Shown: positions 15,498 to 25,448 of the stretch, one piece after another
Layout of the letters: the number at the start of each line of letters is the position of its first letter
How positions within the stretch are numbered: the first letter of the stretch is position 1
IMG/VR virus record: IMGVR_UViG_3300034104_003795
Location: 209,998-273,997 of that record
Reading direction: 5' to 3' (one strand)
DNA: 64,000 nucleotides
The notes under the pieces: generated by a model
What the model was told of the DNA's origin: nothing
Databases searched by the model: none
Seen by the model: only the letters and a program-made list of their open reading frames with translations
Position numbers and translations under genes: made by a program

Positions 15498-18400
15498 TTA
15501 TGCTATTTCGTAACTTCCGTTCCAAATAAATCTATCACTTGTTGCCCAAGTAAATGGTCCAGTTGCATTTACATCACTAGCAGTTCCAGCTACATTTTGA
15601 TATTGCATAGGTGCTTTGTGATTAAATCCTGCTCTTGCTCCTGCCATTGTAGCGTTGTACCAATTAGAACCATTATCTAATAAAGTTACTGTCATTAAGA
15701 TAGCATCTGCATGTGATGCCGTAAATGGCATTGATACATACCACTCCCCAGTACCAAATGTTGTTGTACTACCCATAGCAATATTACCTCTTACGAAACA
15801 AGTCTTTCCAATTACTTTGTAGTATCCTTCTATTGTTCCATTGTTAATTACAGGGTTTACAGATGCTGCTGTCCACTCTGGTGTATATGCTGTCCATCCG
15901 TTATCAATTCTACTTTGGTTTATAGTTACCGAACCAGTTAAGTTTGTTGATGCTGATACAATTAATGAACCAGTTATAGTTTGATTTCCTATAAATAAGT
16001 TTGAACCCGTCACTGCAAATGAAGATGTTGGAATTGGAGTTGCTACTGAATCCTTATTACCTACCCAAAAATACCCCTCTTGTATATTAGGAACATCATT
16101 ACTTCTACCAGCTCCCAATACAACACCACCACCATTTACACCAACTTTAGTTACAATACCTAAGTTTTGAATAAGATTAGAACCCGTTGGTTTTGTTTGT
16201 GTCCAACCACCATTTGCCCCAACCCATAACGGGTCTCCAGCAGTTAATCCAGTTGTATTCACTCCTTGAATTGCTCCAATTGCAATACCCAATCCTTCTT
16301 CCTCATCATCTAAATCTTGTGCTAAGATGTAAGTTGCGGGCATTGTTGATGCAACCGATGCGGATGCTGCGATTACCAAAGTATTAAATCCAACAGTTCC
16401 AGTTGAATGAACCGGTGTTCCTTTTAATAAAGTTGTACCACTATCGTTTTTAACATATTCATAAATGGTTTTTGGAACTTCCATTGTAAGTACATTATTT
16501 ACTCCCAATGTTGGAACTTCTACACCATGTTGACTATCTGCAAAGTTTAGAGTTGGATATGTTATTTGATTGATAACAACCGAACCACTAAGATTAGCCG
16601 ATGCAGTTACTATTAATGAACCACTTATAGTTTGATTGCCAACAAAAATGTTTGAACCAGTTGTTGCGTATGAACCTGTCTTTGAGTTTAGCGATGCAGA
16701 TGTTTGTAGTATTCTACTTATCACACTATCGTTAGAACCAGTGTATGTATTTAAAGATGCGGTTGTTTGTAGTATTGCACTTATCACACTATCGTTAGAA
16801 CCAGTGTATGTATTTAATTCAGTTAATTGAGCACTACCACTAACAACACCACCTAAATATTTAGTTGCCGATACCGTTCCTACCCTTAATGTATTTGTTG
16901 AAGAATTATATCTTATATTATTGTTACCAGCAATTGTAGCTGAATTTACTGCAACTGCATTTGAGAATAGTAAATACGATTCAAAATCTTGCGTAAGTGA
17001 ATATAGTAACATTGTTCTTGCATTGTCCGATACCATACTATATGATGATGATGCTATCAATGAACCACTAACCAATGCTACTGATTTTAATGATGCCGTA
17101 TATGCCATCAACCCACCATCAATTCCAATAGAAGAACCAGTGTAATTATTTAATAAAGTTATATCAGCTCCTCCACCTACACCAAATGAAGATGTTGCTA
17201 TTTGTAATGTGTTTTTTCCAGTATTATCACCAACCCAAACATATCCTTCTCTTAAAGATGCGGTAAAGGATGAACTTACATTTAATGAACCAGTTACAAC
17301 TATATCACCTGGAGTTGTTAGCGTTCCATATTGATTAAACGTCCATGTTTTTGCTAACTCATTATCCTCAAATACAGTTGTTATGTTAAATTGTCCAGTA
17401 TGTAAAATACCTGCCCCATTTGTATCAAATGAAATGTTTCCACCTTTAAGATTAATATTAGGAGTATCTACTTTAACCGATGCACTTATACTACCACTTA
17501 CATTTAATGAACCAGTTATCTCCACACCATTTACACCAACAATAGAAACTATTTGTGCACTATCATCTATTTTTAAGTAATTGCTATCGTCACCAAAGTA
17601 GTTGAAATCTGCGTTACCTTTAAAGTGAATATCAGTACCCAAGGGTGCAGCAGTATTATAAATTTGAAAATATCTTGCATCATTGACATCAGGTTGTAAA
17701 TATATTGAACCAGTTCCTTTTATTATTTCATTTACTATTAATGAGCCATTTACATTCAATGAACCAGTTATCTCCACTGCATTTTCTGCAGCGTATATTA
17801 GATTACTTCTATTATCACCATCACCAATTCCATTACCTACAATAAAAGCGGATTGTACGGGTGATACAAAATTATATTGACCTGTTACGTGTTGTCTTTG
17901 ACCTAATGCTATTGTTTGATAACCTTCGGCATGTGAATATGAACCCGATGCTATTGTTTCTTGTCCTTCAGCATGTGAGTAATCTCCTATTGCTTGTGTA
18001 AAATCTCCTTCAGCATGTGAGTAGTTTCCTATTGCTTTAGTAATACTTCCTTCAGCATGTGATTGTTCTCCGGTTGCTAGATTTCCCTCTAATCCGTGAA
18101 TAAGAGAACCTGTTATAGTTTGATTACCATTAAATTGATTTGAACCGGTTGTTGCTACACTTCCAGTAAAATTATTGAAAGATGATGTTGTTACTAAATT
18201 AGCAACTCTCATTATGTTAGCTCCATTAGGTGCACTTAAAGTACCATCTAATCCAAAAACCCAAGGACCTGCACTACTAACCGCAGTTGATGTTTCAATT
18301 TGAAATTCTCTACCCGCCACAGGTTTAATACCAACCATACCAGTTCCTCTGTCTGAATTAAAAGTAATGTTTGGTAGTTTAGTTCTACCATTCGATTCGA

Positions 18401-19658
18401 AACTCCAAGAGTATCCGTTATTTGTAATATTCAATCCGCCACTTATAGATGTCGAACCACTTATTGTTTGGTTTCCTATAAAATTTGCAGGTCCGATATT
18501 TGTGAAAGTACCCGATGATGATACTGTTAATGAACCCGTAATCTCTATTGTATTTGTTGTTGCCCATTTAGAACCAGTTAGTGCGAATAAAGAATCTCCT
18601 CTTAATCCAGAAGTTCCAGATGTTCCTGATGTGCCACTACTACCAGTTTCTCCACTAACACCAGAAGTTCCAGATGTACCGCTACTACCATTTTCTCCAC
18701 TTACTCCAGACGTTCCCGAAGTGCCACTACTACCACTTACTCCAGAAGTTCCTGATGAACCACTTACACCACTAGTCCCACTACTTCCACTAACACCAGA
18801 GGTGCCACTTGTGCCACCACTTCCGCTTACTCCAGATGTTCCCGAAGTGCCACTTGTTCCAGATGTGCCGCTTGTACCTAATGCTCCTGTCTTTGTTAAA
18901 TAGAAAGCGTATTCATTTCCATTTGGTACTCCCGTAAATTCAGTTATATTTCCACCTGTTGATGTTAAAGTCCAAATATCTTTATTAGGTGGTGTATTTT
19001 CATTATTAGTTTGTGGTGCTCCAAAATCTATTGTAAAACTTGGATATGTTGGGTTTAATGATTTTAAAGTCCAATTCTGAGAACCAGTCCCAGCATAATT
19101 CATATACTCATTAATCAATGCCGATTTTGCAATAGCAATACTTCCAACACCATACGCATTATAATTAAAATAACCATAATCTACAGTATAACTACCAGCA
19201 CTACCACCATCAAATATTTTTAATGGTATGAATGCCGTAAGTCCCGTAGTTCCAGAGGTGCCGCTTGTTCCAGAAGTTCCTGATGTGCCATTACTTCCAC
19301 TTACTCCAGATGTTCCACTGCTTCCAAAGAAAGTTCCATTTAAACCAGATGTTCCTGATGTTCCATTTGAACCACCTGCCCCAGTTATACCATTTGAACC
19401 GGATGTACCTGATGTACCAGATGTCCCTATTCCAGAAGTTCCTGATGTGCCGGTTACTCCGCTTGTTCCAGAAGTTCCCGAAGTACCAGTATCAAAACCT
19501 CTTGGTCCTACCGGTCCTTGAACTCCTGCCGTTGCTATTATTATTTCCGGCTGTGAAGTTTGGACAGTTATTTCCGTTATCGCAGTTTCAATTGCAACAT
19601 TTGTTTTTGGTATTTCAACTTGGACAGTTGTTATATCTTTGTTTATTTGTATTGACAT
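15498..19658 (-). CDS. Tail fibre / adhesin-like protein (1386 aa) with GTSG low-complexity tracts, YadA-head-like SHAEG repeats and a C-terminal fibre domain
   Basis: GTSGTSG tracts, four 14-aa G.xSHAEG repeats, repeated ITGSL.V.GS strands, C-terminal GWTAYTP...GYYKVIGKTCFVRG. Confidence 0.8.
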   Translation of the reverse strand: MSIQINKDITTVQVEIPKTNVAIETAITEITVQTSQPEIIIATAGVQGPVGPRGFDTGTSGTSGTSGVTGTSGTSGIGTSGTSGTSGSNGITGAGGSNGTSGTSGLNGTFFGSSGTSGVSGSNGTSGTSGTSGTSGTTGLTAFIPLKIFDGGSAGSYTVDYGYFNYNAYGVGSIAIAKSALINEYMNYAGTGSQNWTLKSLNPTYPSFTIDFGAPQTNNENTPPNKDIWTLTSTGGNITEFTGVPNGNEYAFYLTKTGALGTSGTSGTSGTSGTSGVSGSGGTSGTSGVSGSSGTSGVSGSSGTSGVSGSSGTSGTSGVSGENGSSGTSGTSGVSGETGSSGTSGTSGTSGLRGDSLFALTGSKWATTNTIEITGSLTVSSSGTFTNIGPANFIGNQTISGSTSISGGLNITNNGYSWSFESNGRTKLPNITFNSDRGTGMVGIKPVAGREFQIETSTAVSSAGPWVFGLDGTLSAPNGANIMRVANLVTTSSFNNFTGSVATTGSNQFNGNQTITGSLIHGLEGNLATGEQSHAEGSITKAIGNYSHAEGDFTQAIGDYSHAEGQETIASGSYSHAEGYQTIALGQRQHVTGQYNFVSPVQSAFIVGNGIGDGDNRSNLIYAAENAVEITGSLNVNGSLIVNEIIKGTGSIYLQPDVNDARYFQIYNTAAPLGTDIHFKGNADFNYFGDDSNYLKIDDSAQIVSIVGVNGVEITGSLNVSGSISASVKVDTPNINLKGGNISFDTNGAGILHTGQFNITTVFEDNELAKTWTFNQYGTLTTPGDIVVTGSLNVSSSFTASLREGYVWVGDNTGKNTLQIATSSFGVGGGADITLLNNYTGSSIGIDGGLMAYTASLKSVALVSGSLIASSSYSMVSDNARTMLLYSLTQDFESYLLFSNAVAVNSATIAGNNNIRYNSSTNTLRVGTVSATKYLGGVVSGSAQLTELNTYTGSNDSVISAILQTTASLNTYTGSNDSVISRILQTSASLNSKTGSYATTGSNIFVGNQTISGSLIVTASANLSGSVVINQITYPTLNFADSQHGVEVPTLGVNNVLTMEVPKTIYEYVKNDSGTTLLKGTPVHSTGTVGFNTLVIAASASVASTMPATYILAQDLDDEEEGLGIAIGAIQGVNTTGLTAGDPLWVGANGGWTQTKPTGSNLIQNLGIVTKVGVNGGGVVLGAGRSNDVPNIQEGYFWVGNKDSVATPIPTSSFAVTGSNLFIGNQTITGSLIVSASTNLTGSVTINQSRIDNGWTAYTPEWTAASVNPVINNGTIEGYYKVIGKTCFVRGNIAMGSTTTFGTGEWYVSMPFTASHADAILMTVTLLDNGSNWYNATMAGARAGFNHKAPMQYQNVAGTASDVNATGPFTWATSDRFIWNGSYEIA
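17900..18100 (-). repeat. Four 14-aa (42-nt) G.xSHAEG repeats, YadA-head-like beta-roll
   Basis: GEQSHAEGSITKAI / GNYSHAEGDFTQAI / GDYSHAEGQETIAS / GSYSHAEGYQTIAL. Confidence 0.75.
18600..18880 (-). repeat. (Gly-Thr/Ser-Ser)n low-complexity tract
   Basis: GTSGTSGTSGVSGSGGTSG... visible in translation and as 9-nt degenerate DNA repeats. Confidence 0.9.
19240..19500 (-). repeat. Second (GTS)n tract near the fibre N-terminus
   Basis: GTSGTSGTSGVTGTSG... in translation. Confidence 0.9.
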
Positions 19659-19659
19659 C

Positions 19660-20040
19660 CTATCGAGTTACGTTTTTAGATAACTTAACTTTACCTTCCA
19701 ATAAACGGGTAACTTCATTACCTTTTACCAATTCTAAATCGTAAAATGCTTCACCAAAATTTAATGCGGATGAAGATGCTGCAGATATATACACTCCAAT
19801 TGAACCACTTGCTAATGGAGTTATGAAATTAGAACCACTTAAATTGATTCCCGTATTATCAGCCTTTAAAGATGATGATAGTGAAAGAAAGACATCAGAT
19901 GATTCAACACCCGGTCTGATTTGCATTCTAGCCTGATAACCGCTTAAATCAACTGCTGAACCTGTTTCATCGTTCCAATTGATTTGAAAATTTGTTGTTG
20001 CTCCCTGCTCTATTATAAAAGAGTATTTTCCTGCTGCCAT
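19660..20040 (-). CDS. Small Ig-like / BppU-like virion adaptor protein (126 aa)
   Basis: FIIEQGAT...VDLSGYQARMQIR...AFYDLELV...RLLEGKV pattern of a common phage beta-sandwich protein found before fibre genes. Confidence 0.55.
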   Translation of the reverse strand: MAAGKYSFIIEQGATTNFQINWNDETGSAVDLSGYQARMQIRPGVESSDVFLSLSSSLKADNTGINLSGSNFITPLASGSIGVYISAASSSALNFGEAFYDLELVKGNEVTRLLEGKVKLSKNVTR

Positions 20041-20090
20041 ATAAAAATCGGTTTAATACAACTATAAATATAAAATTGTTGGAAAGGGGT

Positions 20091-20124
20091 AAAATAAAAA
20101 AAGGGAGTGATTTCTCACCCCCTT
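20091..20124 (-). terminator. Rho-independent terminator after major capsid gene
   Basis: Minus-strand RNA AAGGGGGUGA-GAAA-UCACUCCCUU followed by a U-rich tract. Confidence 0.85.
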
Positions 20125-20160
20125 CTTTTTTTATGAATCGTTAGTTAGATTACATTAAGA

Positions 20161-21825
20161 TTAGATATTAGCTAAATCTTTGATGTAAATCTTTCCGTAA
20201 AATTCTGGGCGAACCATCTTCTTAGCGTAACGAGTCATCACACCTCTACGCGGAGTAAAGTTTTGTGGGTCGTACACTAATGGAGTCATAATCAATGGTA
20301 CATATGGAGCGTAAACAGCACCAGTCTCAAGGAAGTTATTTCCTCTGAAGCCCATTAAGATTTCGTTAGAAGTCATATAAGGGTTTTTGTACACAGTGAA
20401 TCTGTTACTCATAGAACCAACTGCAGTTACACCAGCTGCGAATTGTAAAGCGTCTTTATCAGCATTTACAGTAAAGCCAGGAATTGATTCTAAAATAGTA
20501 CATACATCAGGAGATGCAACTACGAAGTTAGCACCACCACGAAGTGTTAATTGGTGAATCTTGTTAGAAACTTTGTTCAACTTAACACCTAATGTTTGAT
20601 ACCAAGAATTCTTAGTATAGTAAGTGTTTGCTCCAGAAGGAACTGAAGAACCCCATGCACCTGTTCCAGTTGCACCGTTGTTTAAGTATTCTTCACCAAT
20701 TGTTGCTGACCAGTATTCAGTAGTTAATGCGTTAGCTTTTAACATATCTAAAATTTCTAAATCAATCTCTAAAGAGATGTAATCAGATAACATAGAAGTT
20801 AATTCAGCTTCTGCATCAATTGAATGGTAAGCGTTTAAGTCTTGCGCTAATTCAGGAGTCCATACTGCTTTCAACTTACGAGTCTTAGCAACGATAGCCT
20901 CTGATTTTAATTCAAGATCAATTTCAGGAATATCTAATGCAGTTGTTGTGTTACCTGCACTGTTAGCTGTTTGGTCTTCGAAGTCACCTCTATCGTAAGA
21001 TACTGGTTGCTCAGAATAAACAACAGTTGAAGTACCAGCCGCTGCAGGTATTACACCATTAGATGCTGAAACAAATAATACTACGTTGTTAGAAGATACA
21101 TAGTTAAATTCGTTGATGTTTGAATTTAAAGTACCAACGCCAATAGCAGTAACGTTAAATGAACGAACTGCTTCAGAATCAACAGTTGTAGGAAGTTGGT
21201 TTGCACCACCTGCTTTAGAAACTGTTAATTTGATGATTCTACCAGCTGCTACTGAAGCAGATAATGCACCATCAAATCCTACATCAGCCCAAGAAGCTGA
21301 AGCTGCAGTTGTAGTTAAAGAAGCTGCAGATGCATCGTTTACAGAGTAGCCATATCTAGCTTCACCATAAAGACCATTTTCAGCTGCATTAGTTCTACCA
21401 AAGTTAGTTGCAGAACCAGTTACGTTAGTACCACCAAAAAGTGATTTACCAGCGAACTGACCGTTAGCACCTTGAGAAGAACCATATTTGAAATCCAAGA
21501 AGAATACAAGACCAGAAGGTAAGTTCATTGGTTGTACGCTTACGAATTCTTTTGCTGCGATTTCACCGAAGATTCTTCTTACTAACGGTAAAGCCACACC
21601 AGACCACTCTTCAGAACCAGTAGAAGTACCAGTTTGAGTTGCCTCATCAAGCAATTGCTTTGCTTGGTTTTCTAACAATACAGCCATGCTGTGTTGTTCT
21701 CTTTCTTTTAAACCTTCAAGAAGACCAGTTTTTTCCCATTTGCTTTTTAACTGACGAGTTTCAGCTAACATTACTGCTTGTGGGTTTTTGCCTTCCATAA
21801 GTTTTCCTAAATCAAAATTTGCCAT
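20161..21825 (-). CDS. gp23: Major capsid protein, T4 gp23-like
   Basis: VSVQPMNLPSGLVFFLDFKY, IVAKTRKLKAVWTPELAQDLNAYHSIDAEAELTSMLS, YAPYVPL, MTRYA; LLDE-A putative maturation site near residue 61. Confidence 0.97.
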   Translation of the reverse strand: MANFDLGKLMEGKNPQAVMLAETRQLKSKWEKTGLLEGLKEREQHSMAVLLENQAKQLLDEATQTGTSTGSEEWSGVALPLVRRIFGEIAAKEFVSVQPMNLPSGLVFFLDFKYGSSQGANGQFAGKSLFGGTNVTGSATNFGRTNAAENGLYGEARYGYSVNDASAASLTTTAASASWADVGFDGALSASVAAGRIIKLTVSKAGGANQLPTTVDSEAVRSFNVTAIGVGTLNSNINEFNYVSSNNVVLFVSASNGVIPAAAGTSTVVYSEQPVSYDRGDFEDQTANSAGNTTTALDIPEIDLELKSEAIVAKTRKLKAVWTPELAQDLNAYHSIDAEAELTSMLSDYISLEIDLEILDMLKANALTTEYWSATIGEEYLNNGATGTGAWGSSVPSGANTYYTKNSWYQTLGVKLNKVSNKIHQLTLRGGANFVVASPDVCTILESIPGFTVNADKDALQFAAGVTAVGSMSNRFTVYKNPYMTSNEILMGFRGNNFLETGAVYAPYVPLIMTPLVYDPQNFTPRRGVMTRYAKKMVRPEFYGKIYIKDLANI

Positions 21826-21850
21826 TTTATTTTATTTTTTTATGGATTGT

Positions 21851-22969
21851 TTATTTTACGATACCAGCTAATTGCTTAAAGCGGTTAGCTAATTCGTTTG
21901 AGCTTTCAGCGATGATTTCTTTTGCTGGAGCTGTTGTAGCTTGTGGCTTAGAAGCAAAACCTTCGGTCATTGTCTTCTTAGCTGCTACTTTTCTTTCAGT
22001 ACCAGTAAACTTCATGCTTTCTGCTAAAGTTGCGTAAACCAATTTAACTTCTCTTACAGAAGATGTTCTGTCTAAATTCTCAACTACTTTTACTTTTTGT
22101 TCGTTAGTTAAGTTGTAAGAACGGAACAATTTGTTTGCGTAAAGTAATTTTGCGTTTAACAAATTTACTTCATTAATAGTGCCTTTTAAAGATTTGATTG
22201 TAGAAATTGCTTCTGCCAATTCTGCTTGAAGTTTTTCTTTTTCTTCATCATGCTTTGGTTCTTCAGCTTCTTTAACTTCTTCTTCATCATCACCATATCC
22301 CATTTCACGTAAGATTTCATCTAAGTCGATTTCTTCTTCTTCGTGAGCTGGTTCTTCAGTTGGAACTTCTTCAGCTTCAACTGCAGGCTCAGCAGCTACT
22401 GGTTCTTCAACCGGTGCTTCTTCACCTTCTACTGCTGGTTCTTCTTCGTGATATTCATCACCTTCTTCACCTGCAATTTGTGCTTCTAATTCTCTAATGA
22501 TTGATTCTAAATCTAATTCGTCTTCGTCATCAGATTCTTCATCATCACCAAATTCAGGAGCATCTTCACCTTCTGATTGGTATTCAGCTGCATCTTCTGC
22601 TTTATCTTCTGCAGAAGCTTCATCTTCAACTTCATTAAGGTCTTTAACTTTATCGTAGTCTTCTACTTCACCACCTACTTCCGCAGATTGGTTAGCAATA
22701 CCACTTAGGTCAGTGTCATCGTTGTTTGCTTTATCAGCTGGTTGTTTGTTATCACCACCACCAATTTCGCTTGATACATCATTGTTTTCTTCAACTTTAT
22801 CTTCAACTTCTTCGTCATCAGCCATTTCTGCCTGAAGTTTCTTAGAAAGGATAGATTGTAATCTTGGAGTAAATGCTTCTTCAAGAGCGATTTTAGCGTT
22901 AGCAATAGCAGTTTCACGAACAGCTTTAGCATCAGCGATGGCTTCTTTCAACAATTTTGAACTTGCCAT
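21851..22969 (-). CDS. Prohead core scaffold protein, gp22-like
   Basis: Immediately upstream of MCP; very acidic middle, coiled-coil ends (EAIADAKAVRETAIANAKIALEEAF; VNLLNAKLLYANKLF). Confidence 0.8.
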   Translation of the reverse strand: MASSKLLKEAIADAKAVRETAIANAKIALEEAFTPRLQSILSKKLQAEMADDEEVEDKVEENNDVSSEIGGGDNKQPADKANNDDTDLSGIANQSAEVGGEVEDYDKVKDLNEVEDEASAEDKAEDAAEYQSEGEDAPEFGDDEESDDEDELDLESIIRELEAQIAGEEGDEYHEEEPAVEGEEAPVEEPVAAEPAVEAEEVPTEEPAHEEEEIDLDEILREMGYGDDEEEVKEAEEPKHDEEKEKLQAELAEAISTIKSLKGTINEVNLLNAKLLYANKLFRSYNLTNEQKVKVVENLDRTSSVREVKLVYATLAESMKFTGTERKVAAKKTMTEGFASKPQATTAPAKEIIAESSNELANRFKQLAGIVK

Positions 22970-23159
22970 TTTTTCCTTATTTGTTAGGATTTCTTAAGCT
23001 ATTGTAATGTGAGCTTAAATAGAATTATTAATTGGCGTTTTGGTCACTACTCATAGAACGAGAGTATTCATTTTACCAATAAAAAAACGTATATAAAATA
23101 CGTTATTGTATCAATAAATATATAAAAATTAATAAAAACGTAATTTTCTAAAGAATTTT

Positions 23160-24479
23160 TTAGAAAAGATAAATATAAGATGGGTGTTTATCATCTTTTA
23201 GTTTTTGACGGATTCTTTCATCCGAACACCCAAAATGTTCTCCGGCCTCTTTAAGAGAGCAGAATTGAATTCCTTCACACTCAATTATTGGAAGGTGTAT
23301 TTTTATTTTTGAACGTAATTGTAATTCGTTCATTTCATCGTAACTGATATCATTACGTTCAACTTTTTTCCAATGACGATATACTGGATTATTTGATTCA
23401 AAGTAGTTTCTAGCTTCTGATTCTGATATTCCTAATTTATCCGCCACCTGTTTTGGGTTCTCAAAAGGAACTCCATCTATTTCGTATTTAATTGTTGGAT
23501 TAGTTTCTTCACCAATGATTTGCCAATCTTTGTATTTTGATTTAGTAGAACGGCATCTTCTTTCAACTTCACTTGCCACCAATTCATTTGGATTAATATC
23601 AATCGCAGCTTCTCTAAAACTTCTATAAGATTTACCATCAACCACACATTTAAACGTATCACCGTTTACAATAGATTCGGTTGCAATATCAGGATTGCCT
23701 TTTACGAATACCAATATGTTTTGATGAACCGATGCCACTTTGCGATTTCTTTCAAAGTATGTATCAACAACTCTTGATGCTTGGTGTTGTGAATTAAATA
23801 GAATCATATCGTTGTAGAAATGTAATCCAGCTTCTTCACAAGCTCTAATCGTTTTCCAGACCAAACCTTTATACTTTCCAATCTTATAATTTCCTGTGGT
23901 TGATTGTTCTCTTACTTCCGATACAACTACTGCAAAGAAACGATTATCTTTTAGTTTTTCTGCAGCTTTTCTTAAAATGGAATAATATTTTTTATCAAAC
24001 GAATCCTCATCCATATTTGAAAGGTCAGCCGGATTATCGGTATATTTCTCTAAATCATAATAAGGTGGACAAGTAAACACAAAATCCTGAGTTTTGTTTT
24101 GTATTGAATCGATTACCCATTCACTATCGCCTTGTATCCAATTTGGTTTTGTAGATTGTTTTTTGTTTGCTTCAATTTGTTCATCAGAAAGGTCTATACC
24201 GTTATAGATGTATCCCATTTCAGTTGCAACTATACCTCTAACACTACCACCTGCAAATGGGTCCAATACTCTACCTTCCTCTGGACAAAACCATTCATAC
24301 ATCTTTTCACAAAGTGTAGCATCAAATATGGAAACGGTATTATCTTCCCAAAAACGGGCTCTACTTTGGGTATTTTCCCTACCCAATTCTGATTGGATAT
24401 TGTAGGTGTTAATCCACCATCTTTTACGTTCTTGCCATTCTTTAGAACGAGTATCTAAAATAGAGAAAGGTTTAATCAT
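23160..24479 (-). CDS. DNA amino-methyltransferase (N4C/N6A type) fused to three NUMOD1-like HTH repeats
   Basis: Motif I DPFAGG, motif IV FTCPPYY; C-terminal repeats VDGKSYRSFREAA / IDGVPFENPKQVADKLGIS / CEGIQFCSLKEAGEHFGCS. Start moved to ATG 24479 because the track's TTG start lies inside the promoter. Confidence 0.8.
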   Translation of the reverse strand: MIKPFSILDTRSKEWQERKRWWINTYNIQSELGRENTQSRARFWEDNTVSIFDATLCEKMYEWFCPEEGRVLDPFAGGSVRGIVATEMGYIYNGIDLSDEQIEANKKQSTKPNWIQGDSEWVIDSIQNKTQDFVFTCPPYYDLEKYTDNPADLSNMDEDSFDKKYYSILRKAAEKLKDNRFFAVVVSEVREQSTTGNYKIGKYKGLVWKTIRACEEAGLHFYNDMILFNSQHQASRVVDTYFERNRKVASVHQNILVFVKGNPDIATESIVNGDTFKCVVDGKSYRSFREAAIDINPNELVASEVERRCRSTKSKYKDWQIIGEETNPTIKYEIDGVPFENPKQVADKLGISESEARNYFESNNPVYRHWKKVERNDISYDEMNELQLRSKIKIHLPIIECEGIQFCSLKEAGEHFGCSDERIRQKLKDDKHPSYIYLF

Positions 24480-24483
24480 AACA

Positions 24484-24519
24484 CAAATATACAAAAAAAG
24501 TTTGGAATTACCAAACTTT
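24484..24519 (-). promoter_or_regulatory. Bacteroidota-type sigma promoter (TTTG-N20-TATATTTG) overlapping a terminator-like hairpin
   Basis: TATATTTG at 24491-24484, TTTG at 24515-24512; perfect inverted repeat AAAGTTTGG-N5-CCAAACTTT (24497-24519) followed by a T run on the minus strand. Confidence 0.7.
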
Positions 24520-24531
24520 CTTTATACTTTT

Positions 24532-25446
24532 TTATTCGAAATCAGGACTTTGTTCTACGTCCTTATATAAATTATCAATATATTTTCTTTCTATATCTGC
24601 CAAATTTCTTCTATACATTTCCAATTGATTAGTTCCCTTTTTCAAAAGTGGCATCATAGCTTCCTTTTTCTTTGGGTTCTTTTCAGCAAAGTATTTAGCA
24701 CCCATAGCTCTTTGTGCATCTTCTAATTCTCTAACTTTCTTTTGTACTGCTAAGTATTTTACATACATTTTAGGTACACCACCATATAAACCAGCTTCAT
24801 TTACTACTCCTTCCGGTACACAATTTGGAACTTGTCTACCACCCTTATTTTTCATACCAACTTGCTTATATCCTTTCCAACAAGGTGAATCTTCTTTTAT
24901 TGACTCACTTTTAACAACTTTTCCTTTTTGTTTAAAAAGTTGTTTAATATCATCTTGCGCATTTGGGTCATTTTTTCTCCACTTTTTAATTAAATCAAAT
25001 AATTTTCTTTCATCAGAACTATTCAATGGAGCAAGTTTACCTTTACCACTTCCCAATGCCATACCATTTTTGTACCAATATTCAAAATCTTTTACGTCAT
25101 CAAATAACCAAGTTGGTAAAACTCTTATATTAAATGATTCTTTTATTGAACCTTCGTTTGTTCCGTATTCGTGGTAGTTTCCAGCTGCTTGAGAAATATA
25201 GTTTTCTGCTTTAGAGATATGGTCTTGAATCCAAGCTGGTATTTCTTTTTCATTCTCACCCATTTTAGCTTTCAATTCAGTTGCCATCTTAATAATGGTA
25301 TCTAATTGATTTTGTCCCATAGAAACTTCGTGGTCTTCACCTTCAGCTTCTTTAATGAATGCAGTTGCAAATGGATTAGAAATTACTTTACCCATTTCAA
25401 ATTTACCAAATGCTTTTTGATTTACTAATCCACCTAACTTAATCAT
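24532..25446 (-). CDS. Modular putative internal head protein (304 aa)
   Basis: Modules (DHEVSMGQNQL...IPAWIQDHISKAENY; PCWKGYKQVGMK.KGGRQVPNCVP) separated by IKE/VNE motifs; lies in head cluster. Confidence 0.6.
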   Translation of the reverse strand: MIKLGGLVNQKAFGKFEMGKVISNPFATAFIKEAEGEDHEVSMGQNQLDTIIKMATELKAKMGENEKEIPAWIQDHISKAENYISQAAGNYHEYGTNEGSIKESFNIRVLPTWLFDDVKDFEYWYKNGMALGSGKGKLAPLNSSDERKLFDLIKKWRKNDPNAQDDIKQLFKQKGKVVKSESIKEDSPCWKGYKQVGMKNKGGRQVPNCVPEGVVNEAGLYGGVPKMYVKYLAVQKKVRELEDAQRAMGAKYFAEKNPKKKEAMMPLLKKGTNQLEMYRRNLADIERKYIDNLYKDVEQSPDFE

Positions 25447-25448
25447 AA

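Noticed and set aside
18367-19744. Plus-strand Pro/Val-rich ORFs (PEVPDVP repeats)
   Set aside because: Antisense reading of the GTSG repeats; open only because the repeat lacks stops.
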